Positions 53,411 to 64,000 of a stretch of DNA of 64,000 nucleotides are shown here, one piece after another. Each line of letters begins with the position of its first letter. Position 1 is the stretch's first letter. The notes under the pieces are model-generated. The model ran no database searches. It was not told the DNA's origin and worked only from the letters and a program-made list of their open reading frames with translations. A program made the position numbers and the translations under genes. Source of the stretch: Eledone cirrhosa (taxonomy: Eukaryota); the NCBI GenBank assembly GCA_964016885.1, contig OZ024746.1:27342001-27406000 (forward strand), in the 5' to 3' direction.

Positions 53411-54428
53411 TATCTCTTTCACTTAATTTCGAGTATATTTTTTTGACCGGCCACCTTCCTGGTGGCAAGGTTGTAAAAGAAAAGAAATTGTCATCCCTTG
53501 AATCGCAAGAATGTTTCTAAATTTTGAAGGTGCCAGCTATCGCAGCCATTTGTAGACTATGAATTAGTCATACTTTGGTCTAAGCGGGTTGGTATATAAC
53601 CCGTAGCTCCAATAATGATGGGTATGAAGCTAAAGGTGTATCTTGGATACTGGATTTGTAAACTCCTCAACAATGGTACGTAGATGTTCTCCTTCTCCTG
53701 TATTTTTCTGATAACGTTTACATCAAGTGGGCAGCTGATCTCCACAACAGAACACGTTTTCAATGTGTGGTCCCAAACAACAATATCAGGCCGGTTGTGC
53801 TTTAATTTAGTGACAGTTTTTATTTTCAGGTTCCACCAGTATTCCTTAGTGCCATCTGTCTCAATATATTCCTCCTCGTTTGTTCTTAATTTTGTTTTCC
53901 GAAGTGCGTTCCAGATGGTTCTAGCTATCCCATCGTGTCTCATGGGGAGGTAGTAGCGAGATGACATTCTTTCGCAGCTGGCAACAATGTGGCTTACATC
54001 CTCAATCTTTGTTTTACATAGCCTACATTTATTGTCAGCTGCTGTCCCTCCTCTTTTGTGTAGCAGATATTTGGTAGGGAGTTCTTGTTCCTGTATTACA
54101 TAGAGATATCCCTCAAGGTGTGATGTCATAAACTTGTCGAAACTCCATGCCAGGCTTTTTGAGTGGTTTATCCCCTCTATGGTCTGTGTTTTACGCCTCA
54201 AGTATCCATGAACAACTTTTTCTGTAAATTGGTCAATTTTTTTATCTTGTTTGAACATTGAATAGGATCTTCCGATTTCTCTGGGTGAGAGATTTATATC
54301 AGGCTTTATTCCATATCTCTCCTCCAGATCAGTCGCTATTCTAATGATATTTTTTTTTCATGCTCATAAACTTGGGCAAGATGGTTGCCAACCTTTTTCC
54401 TCTGTTGAAGGTGTTGCTTCAGCGTTAC
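53411..54428 (-). mobile_element. RLE retrotransposon family B, 1-kb 3' fragment
   Basis: ORF 53557-54258: CRLCKTKIEDVSHIVASC, RHD, KHNRPDIVVWD, VVEISCP; flanked by (TATG)n. Confidence 0.9.
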
Positions 54429-57400
54429 TATACATACATACATACTATGTATGTATGTATGTATGTATGTTTGTATGTATGTATGTATGTATGTATGTAT
54501 GTATGTATGTATGTATGTATGTATGTATGTATGTATGTATGATGAATGTATGTATGAATGATGAATGTATGTATGCATATATGTATAATTATTCGCTTAG
54601 AATAGACTCTCGTGAGAATGCGTATTCAATACCACATGGGAGATTTTTTCTTTAATAAGTCTGTGTTAGCGTTGAATCATAAATGGAAAGTGAATATGTT
54701 TGAGTGAGAGTTTTTGTGTTAGTTTGTATGTGTGTGCGTGTATGTGCATGCGTATGCGTGTGCGTGTGTGTGTGAATGCGTGTATATATGTTTGTGTTTG
54801 TGTGTTTTCGTGTGTGTTCTTGTATGTGTTTTTGTGTTTATGTTTTTGTGGTGTGTGTGTGTGTTTATGTGTGTGTTTGTGAGTGCGTGTATGCCTTTGG
54901 GAGTGTGTTTGTTCGTGTCTGAATATAGAAAAATTGGTGTCATTGATTAACATGATAAATGATAACTGCATGAAATTTCATTACTAATATATTTCCTTTT
55001 ATAGCCGTCAACTTCCTAGACCTATATTCCTTTATAGGAGCGATATACGCTTATTTAGGCATTCAGGGTGTACACATATGAATGAATACTATATAATTAT
55101 CCAATCTATTAAGTTGTAATTATAATAATTGAAATAGATTCATTGTATTGAATAACAGTTTCTTTGAAATATCTATTTTAGGATCTCAGAAACTGTAGAT
55201 AAAATTTAGAATTTTTAGATTACAATGCATTTATCACACCCCGAAATCTAGAAATTAAAATTACTTCTTTCAAAAGGTTTCATAGAAATTTGAAAATCAC
55301 CACAGGGGTATTACATAGAGTTTAAAATAAATACGGAATCCTTAGAAATATCTGAAAGCGTGTTCATATATGAATTCAATCTAATAATAAACGTTTTGTT
55401 TCATACATAATATTAGACATTCAGCAACAATAACACGTAATGAAAGATCATATTGACTAGTTTGATAATATGCCACATGTAGTTTTCATGCTACGTCAAA
55501 CTTACGGTGATATTCGTATCACGAGATTATCGGCTCTATTCTAGTGTGTGCGTGTGCGTGTGTGAGCGTGTGTGTATGTGTGCGTGTATGCGTGTGTGAG
55601 TGTGTGTGTATGTGTGCGCGTATGCGTGTATAGGAGGATGGATATATATATATATATAGTAAGAGATTCATTTAAAGTTCATCATTTTTCCTGACGTCTA
55701 TACAATTCGATAAAATGGCGTAGCAAAATCAAAAGCCGAGCTTGCTTTATTTTCTCACTAACAATAACAACATAATAAAATATGCAAATTTATTTCACCA
55801 TTATTTGATGATGTATCACTAATGAATTATTCATTAGATACTAGAGAGAGAGAGTGAGAGAGAGAGAGAGGGAGAGAGAGAGGGGGAGAGAGAGGGAGAG
55901 AGAGAGGGAGAGAGAGAGAGAGGGGAGCGAGAAAGAAAGAGAGGAAGACCGCTATAGATAGAAAGAGAAAGAGACAACCAATATTTGTAGAAATTAAATT
56001 TGTATGTATTCTGTGTATATATGATTTTATATTGTTCTAAAATACAGAATATGTATTACATGGATATATATATATAAAATCTGACTCACAGAATAGGTAA
56101 TGACTCGTGGCTATGGTAAAGACACTCAATCCAAATGCCACGCTGTGGGATCGAACCTGTAACTTTACGATTGCGATGCGATCTTCTTACACGCTCTGTC
56201 CTGTTGCTTCTACGCCTGAATCTATATTAAATTTTGGTAACAATTGAGATTTCACTCTTTAATGATTCATAATATTTATTTTACTAATTCCGCTGAGAAG
56301 GAACAGTAATCATTTCTTTTTTATACTCTCTTAAAATAGTGATTTCAATGCCATTACTATACCAGATAATTGGACAGACTCAGAAACTCTCCCAAAACCT
56401 TTCACTCGTAAAACGCAGAACTAAAATCATAGCATAAATCATCTTTTCTTCTGGACATCTTCTAGAGACGTCATTTGTTTTATTACAGAAAAAAGAAGAG
56501 AAACTAATTCCCTAAAAAGAAGGGGGACTGCCTGAAATAATCTCCTCGTTATAGAACGTTGTGATGCTTTAATGCTTTGTTCAAATAACCGCACATCTGT
56601 TGTTTTATTGAATAATGAGCTGTCATAGAAATCATTTCGTAAATTGAAATCAAATTTATTTCTACAATTAGAGATATTTATTACTTAAATTTACCAATTA
56701 TATTAATTGGCTTCATTCATCTTTGAATTGCATTTAACGTTTGTTTTTGTTGGGTAAATATAATTTGCAAGAAGAAAATACACACTGCTTTTTAAAATGA
56801 TTTATTCTATTTGACGTTCGAAGACATGTTTTGTGATAATGAACCATAGAGATAAGGAGTTGATATATATTTAGATTGATTAAGTTTCTACATATCACAT
56901 GTTTGTGTAGAATTACATCAGTTTATGCACGTTTCTCGTTGAAAATATTGATGAATATATAAGATAATCTTTATATGGTGTTGAACGGAATGTTAGGGCA
57001 CAATACGCTATCTGGTCTAGGAATTAATCCCACGGCCTAAAGACCGTGTTCGCAACATCCTATATACTAGGTCACACACCTCCATATTAAAATACGATAT
57101 AATGTTAGAATTATTTATAGAATGTAAAGATTATTGCACAGCAAGAGCCAAGTTACAAACGAACCGTGTCAGCGATATTAGTTCAATATACATTCTACTG
57201 GGAACTTCAACTTCAGTTATCGCCATTGCCTTTCAAACTGTATTTAGGCATATGATCTAATATATAGGCATATGGTCTAATATATAGATACATGGTCCAA
57301 TATATAGGTATATGGTGTAATATCTCGAAATTGAACATGTTTGAAAAGTGAATTTGAAATGATGTTTTGAATCTAAAGCAATTACATCATGGAAGAGTTA

Positions 57401-57573
57401 TTTTAACTTTTTAGCCACAATTGTACATGTCTGACAAGTCACGTGAATTGAGACCTTATGGAAACTAAAGCAATTACATAATGGAAGAGTTATTTTTGAC
57501 AAAATAAAACACTAAACACTTTGCGTAGAAAATTTCTACACCAAGAAACTGATGAGTGGAAAGGGAAAAAGTA

Positions 57574-57642
<69 letters not shown>

Positions 57643-58274
57643 TTTATATTTATTTTTCAATGAACACAATATTCTCCAACTATATTAGTCCTCTATGTTC
57701 TCTTTAGAAATGTGTACCGCTGTCAAGGTTTTATGTTAATTTTTACGGAGGATGAACTTTGTCTTTAAAACACCAGAGAAACCTCCTATGGGATGAAACC
57801 TCGGAGGAGATTATCTAAATCTGTAGAGGTGAGAGCTGTAAAAAGAGGATGTTAGGAAAGGGACACCTATAATTATAACACGCGACAAATCTATCAGAAG
57901 ATACAACCCTGGAGGAGGCTAGCTAATCTTCTAAAAGGTGTGAGCTTAAAGTTTTTTTTTCTTAAGTTCACACCTACTGCTTATGTTATCGATTCAAAAG
58001 TAATGAAGAGTAAACTTAATCATAAAGCAATCGATGGTACTTTAGGAAATAAAATTAGATATCTTAAGATATATATTTCAGCGCCATACTGTCTCTGCCA
58101 AAAACAGCGATATAATTTAAGATAGAAATATATAAAACAAAGAAATAATAATACACTATATATGAAGTTATTCTCCATTTATGTTTATATTAACTCATCA
58201 AATATTTTACTTTAATAGCACAGAATTCATGAACTTGCATGTTTGACCAAATCAATTTGGCACACATACACACA

Positions 58275-58314
<40 letters not shown>

Positions 58315-58407
58315 TGTCTGTGTACATATATATGTGTCTGTGTGTGTCTAATTGTGTGTGCTTGTGTATAAGTATCCATATATATATTTACACATACATA
58401 TATATTT

Positions 58408-58450
<43 letters not shown>

Positions 58451-58489
58451 CCACACACACACATATATATACACACATATATATAATAC

Positions 58490-58548
<59 letters not shown>

Positions 58549-59579
58549 CTTACATACAGATATATATTTACAATAAAATAAAACTGATGACGTTCTATTG
58601 ATTGGTTTTCCTTTCTCTGTGGTAAAGTTCAATGCCTGTTGACTAGCAGTATAGTATCGATATCGATATGGAGGTCGAACGAAAACACTTTGATTTTTCT
58701 CTCGTCAACATGTGTTACCAGTGAAATCATTAGTTCTAATACACACTACACATTTTTATCAGGAGTTGGAATAATTAAATATGGACCAGTCTCCTTCAAA
58801 CAAGAAAAACGAAGAATTAATTATAAAGTTAAAAATTCAATCTATAGGGAAAAAGTTGAACATTTCACGAAGAACATACAAAAATCTTTAAAACGAAAAT
58901 TATATTATTAATAATAATTTTCCTACGTTATGTGTTTTTCTCTAAAATGTCTATTTTTGTCTGTTCTTTTATGTTACTTTTTTTATGTTGTTTATTGCCT
59001 CAGTCTATTCCATTTATTCGTTTTGATTAAATATTTTCTAGACATGAAAATCGATGTGAAGTGTCTGTTAATATTATGTTTAATTTTAGTTTGTTTTTAT
59101 ATATATTTTACGACTTTGTTATATATATATATACTTTTTTTAATATTTGGATTCAGCAAGTCTGTTCATATTTAAAGGAATAATTTATTAATTTACAAAC
59201 ATATTACCGAAAGTAATAGTTATATTACAACTGGTGCATAAAATTGTAAAAATTGCTTTAATTTTTTATTTTATATATTATTAATTTATTATTTTTAAAA
59301 TCGTGTTTTCGTTTAGTAGGGAACAATTTCATAGAAGCTACTTTATAAATATTTAATTTCTAGAATGTATAAACAGCGTCTGTTCAGCAGAATTAAGTCA
59401 ATCGACTTGAGATTACTTGACTTAATATCTTAAAATATTTCCTAGAATTGTACATGTTTTATAATAACAAACTGAGTTATTCACAGTCATGATGTTGCAT
59501 ATATATATATGATGGTCGCGTCGCAGTGTGGTTTAGAAGATCACTTTGTAGGCTCTTGGTTCTAATCCAATAAAAGATA

Positions 59580-60290
59580 TTTCTATATAAAATAAAGACA
59601 TATCTTCTTCATCTTCGGCCACGTATTCCTGTGAGGATTGTGAGGGAAGAGTCCTCAAACACTCTTTCCAGTAGATCCTGTTAGAAGCAAACGTCTCCAA
59701 TTGATCTAGCTGGATCTTCAAGCAGGACCAGCCAAGTTCTCGGATGTTATCCGACCATCTTGCTCGGGGTCTACCTCTGGGTCTCCTGCCGGCTGGTTTT
59801 GTATGTAAAATCTGTCCAGCTATTCTTTACTGTGACATTCTAAGCACATGCCCATAGTATCGGATCTGTGATCTCTCTTTTAGGAGGAGAAGCGACTCTA
59901 TCAATTAACATTACTTCAAAACCCTTCGGAGTAACCATATTGCGGCCATTAGTATTTTCTATTGTATTCTTTTGGTCATTACCAAGACCCATGGCCATAG
60001 GCTAGGGTCGGGCCAAATACCGATTTCAAGATAGCGAGTTTGGCTTTTATATACCTCTCTTCTCTGATGATCGAAAACTTAAGCTGGCGCACTACAGCAC
60101 CAGCTCCTGAATTTCTTGCACTTAATTCAGCCTTCTGCCTTCACTCACACTTGAACAGTGCCCCTAGATATTTGAACTTCTCCAACTGCTTCAGAGGAAC
60201 TCCATTCAAATGCAGGGTGCACTGCGCAGGCTTCTTTGAGAGGACGAGTGTCTCAGTCTTCGCAGCACTGATTTTTATTCCCACACCAGA
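59580..60290 (-). mobile_element. Decayed RTE-clade (Rex3/Expander-like) LINE 3' end
   Basis: ERSQIRYYGHVLRM...GRRPRGRPRARWSDNI...NRIYWKECLRTLP; (GAA)-type tail. Confidence 0.8.
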
Positions 60291-60534
60291 AGGCGTGTAT
60301 ATCATCCAAACAACCACATGATGTTTATGAAATTTTCAATTTACCGGGAAATTCATATTTTCTGGCTAGTTTACATGCCTACATATTAGATATGTGTATA
60401 TTTATAGACACATCGGTGCAGTTTCGGTTACCTTCTTTGTATTTTTATATAGTATATATATATGACTTTACCGTACACTGCAGATGCTAGCACATCTCCC
60501 TCCCTCCTCCCTCTCTCTCTCTATATATATATAC

Positions 60535-60604
<70 letters not shown>

Positions 60605-60605
<1 letters not shown>

Positions 60606-61762
60606 AAGAATGAAGAGTAACATGGTTGGCTGTACAATAAGGGCTTTATTTAAAGTACTGACAATTGTTTCGTTGATCAGGTGAGTCTAGAGTTCGCTAA
60701 TCGCTTGAGGTTGCGTCGCTCGATCTCCAATACATTATTTACATCACCAATAAAATCTGGCAGTTTAAGGACAAAAATCTAGAATATAAGATTAGCTGGT
60801 CAAAATTATCGGTAGCAAGAGCCTACAGCAACGAAATGTCCCACTGCGGGCTTTATAATTTAGAACTACTACATATTTTAAGGTACAGCAAAATACAGCA
60901 AAATAGCTACTAGATTCACAAACTTCAAACCACCATGATTTGAACCAGCAATCCCAAAATTAGTACTGAACCACCTAAATTTTAACATATAGAATACATA
61001 CCATCGCACTGCTATTAGCTGTCAAACGGCCAACTGGTCACTGGATCATAAATCTCTGAACATTTCTTTCACCTTCTCTCCCTGAAACAGCATCAACCCC
61101 CATTAAGATAGAACAATCAGCAAAACATTTACAACAAGCGTTTATCAAACGTCCCGTCATCCCTATCCCATAAATCTCACATGTATCCACCAATTAATCT
61201 CTAATTTATTGTTTTTTCTTTTATCTGTCACTACATTGGACCCTCTACACGTATCTATGTACATCTCGAATGTGGTTTCCCATGGTAGCACTAAACCCAC
61301 CAACGAATCCTTATAAGAACACTTACTCAAAAACTACTACTAACATACTATGTACTTACACGCTCTCATTTATTTCTTTATATTTTCCATTTTCTCATTT
61401 TCTTATTTTTTTAATGTACCCTATCTTATATTTTACTTTTTACTTTTTACATCTGTAACTTCTCTACCTATTTACCATATATATTTTATTATTGATGTTA
61501 TTGTTTTGATTATACGCTATTTTATTATTGATGTTATTGTTTTGATTATACGCTATTTTTCTATATAAGTCTTGCCTCGAGTGAATTACTTTCATATCTA
61601 CGTACTCTGATGTGTTGACCAGAGGCAAATAATGTATTGGAGATCGAGTGACGCAACCTCAAGTGATTAGCGAACTCTAGACTCACCTGATCAACGAAAC
61701 AATTGTCAGTACTTTAAATAAAGCCCTTATTGTACAGCCAACCATGTTACTCTTCATTCTTT
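60605..61762 (+). mobile_element. Penelope-like element with 136-bp inverted terminal segments
   Basis: 60605-60740 is the near-perfect reverse complement of 61627-61762; hammerhead at 61602-61712; left end in (TA)n. Confidence 0.75.
61602..61712 (+). ncRNA. Type I hammerhead ribozyme with long loop II (A9U variant)
   Basis: gtact-CTGATGT-gttgaccag...ctgatcaac-GAAAC-aatt-GTC-agtac. Confidence 0.7.
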
Positions 61763-62481
61763 CTCCAAGTATAACCTGCATAGAAATTACCGCGAACTCG
61801 CTGCATAACTATGGAAGCATCTTGTTGAGTCAAACAAAGCCGTACGTTAAAACTATCCACGACGCAGAGTACTCACAACCTCTAACTAGATTACCTATAA
61901 CGATAACTTGTTATCCCATATATATATATATTTAAAGGTTAAACAAGGTTCAATGAATAAATCAAAGAATGAGTTTTACAATAAAGACTTGGTATTAACC
62001 TTCATATGAATACACCCAATTATATTTAAAATTTCGATTGATGAATACTTTTAGATAATTCAATGAATTGAGTTTTTTCTTTTTCCTAAAGCTAAGCCCA
62101 AATGTTGTTCTAATTAATATCTCCCTATATATTACACTATAAAAAATATTCCTCTTTATCCCCCTCTCTGTAATCAACTCTCTTTTACTTTCTATGCTCT
62201 TACTAGCTATATTATCCCCTCATCTGTTTCTTTCTCTATGCCTTTCTTTCCTTTCCTCTTTCTTCAGTAATTAAAATTATTTGAATCTCTAACAGTTATA
62301 TTGTTGCTATGTATTTTTAAGCTTTCTCACACCCACCCTCTCTATTATATGTATTATATGTAGTTTTTTTTCATGTTTCAATATTAAGGTATATAAATAT
62401 TGAGTTTTGTCATACATTACTCACTACCATGACTGAATCTTAACCAGCTACTATGTCAGGGTATGTCATGCATCATCTTAT

Positions 62482-62542
62482 TTTATCTGATGAGGACGTA
62501 CTGTTGAAGTTAACTCAGTACCTCTGAAATATGTATAATAAA
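62482..62542 (+). ncRNA. Type I hammerhead ribozyme
   Basis: tttat-CTGATGA-ggacgtactg...cagtacctct-GAAA-tatgt-ATA-ataaa; at the 3' end of the 61932-62575 insert between (TA)n tracts. Confidence 0.7.
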
Positions 62543-62572
62543 TTATACTTGATCACAAGAATATCTATTTTG

Positions 62573-62626
<54 letters not shown>

Positions 62627-62970
62627 TATACTTGGGGAGGGTCATATTTGTGTAATATTGCCAGAATTAATAACAGAACACACTCACTGTTTGGTTGGTT
62701 TTCGCTTCTCGCTGTCTTTTATTTCTGCGATCTAACTTACTCGGTCCTCAATGTTGCCATTGACTGACCGACGGTCAAAAATGATACAGATACAATATAG
62801 ACACAAACACATATATATAGTTTACATAATTTACATAAATCTTTCGTTGCACATCTGCAACATCGTCAGTGGTGTTATATTTTTTCCTCCTGTTGTGTTG
62901 TATGTCTACGCCATTTTTTATTCAGTCTGTTTCGACACACGATTTCATATAAAAAACCTCGCTAAACTAA
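62627..62970. mobile_element. Short unclassified interspersed element between (TA)n tracts
   Basis: Both ends are shared with 37595-37768. Confidence 0.55.
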
Positions 62971-63444
62971 TATATATATATATATATATATATTTATTTA
63001 TTATGAGAACAGATTAAACTTTAAGCTTTCACCCTTATAAATATATATAATCCTTATCGAATCCTCTTCGGATTTTAGTCTTCACATTTATTATTATTAC
63101 TATATACATATATATACATATATATACAGACTAACTTTGCTTCGGAGTTAATTGGCGGAATTATTACAGTATTAGAAGAGATATCTTGTTCTATCTGTTT
63201 CGGCACTATTCCTTCTGAGTTCAAATCCCAGCTCTGGTCACGAGGAAGTCGATGATGCGGCTACCAGGAGTTGCAATCGGCAGATAGTGTCTGCAATGGA
63301 AAGACTAAGTAAAATATCGGGTGCTTTTGGTGTTCTACACGACAAAGATCACAATATATATTGTTATGATTTCAAGACAGAAATGAAGAGAAATGAAGTG
63401 AAATACCCCAGAATATTTAACTAACAAGACTACTATTTCTATAT

Positions 63445-63902
63445 AGCTGTTTCTACTTTTGGCACAAGGTCAGTAATTTAAAGGGAAGGAAAGGGGAAAG
63501 TCGATTAAATCGACACAGTGTTTGACTGTTACATTACTTTATCGAGACCCCGTAAGGATGAAAGGCAATGTTAATCCCTGCGAGATTTGAACTCAGAACG
63601 TAAAGGGGCGTAACTATATGTCGCAAAAGCTGTTGTTCAACGCTTTACCAACACTACCAATCCACCTCCTGACTACATTTATATAATGGTTTCTGATTTA
63701 GGTATAGGGCCAACAATTTCGGGGAAAGGGAAAGTCGATTAAATCGACCCCTGTCCGTTACTAGTACATTATTTTATCGACCCAGTATGGATGAAACGCA
63801 ATGCTAACCTCTGTTAGATTTGAACTGAGAACGTAAAGGGGTGTAGCCATATGCCGTAAAGCATGTTGTCTGACGCTCTACTGACACTGCCAATCCACCG
63901 AC
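63445..63902 (-). mobile_element. Two tandem older SINE family 1 copies (long-tail variant)
   Basis: Diverged bodies with aaagtcgattaaatcgac. Confidence 0.8.
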
Positions 63903-64000
63903 CTGATTGTCTATACAATAAAAGCAAATAATTCACAGTTAATATTGAAAATGTTTTATACCAGTTGTGCTAGGCAATTAGATATTTTAACAGCTATTTA

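Noticed and set aside
57240-57495. 20-bp tandem and 32-bp direct repeats
   Set aside because: Ordinary local slippage duplications.
58570-58800. Minus-strand exon-like block
   Set aside because: Stops in all frames and no clear motif.

Overview
This is AT-rich, microsatellite-saturated eukaryotic DNA, most likely intronic or intergenic sequence from a cephalopod (Octopus-like; inferred from the SINE types and the extreme (TA)n/(CA)n/(TATG)n load). No intact host gene is visible, and almost all ORFs in the track are microsatellite translations. Recognisable content: (1) a near full-length but frameshifted R4/Dong-type RLE non-LTR retrotransposon (25.9-29.8 kb, minus), plus 3' fragments of two related families, all bounded by (CATA)n; (2) three copies of a bipartite RTE-derived non-autonomous element with an (ATGT)n tail; (3) many tRNA-headed SINEs, often in head-to-tail arrays; (4) decayed mariner, Tc1/maT, CR1-like, RTE and probable gypsy fragments; (5) several minisatellites; (6) possible decayed Cys-rich exons at 45-49 kb. 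The most striking pattern the ORF track does not show is about a dozen type I hammerhead-ribozyme motifs from several sequence families. They sit in short non-coding inserts within (TA)n tracts. Some have complete cores, one pair shows compensatory stem I changes, one has a U3-A8 swapped core, and some are associated with long inverted repeats or palindromes. This points to a diverse population of Penelope-derived, retrozyme-like elements. All structure calls were made by eye, and none was computed.
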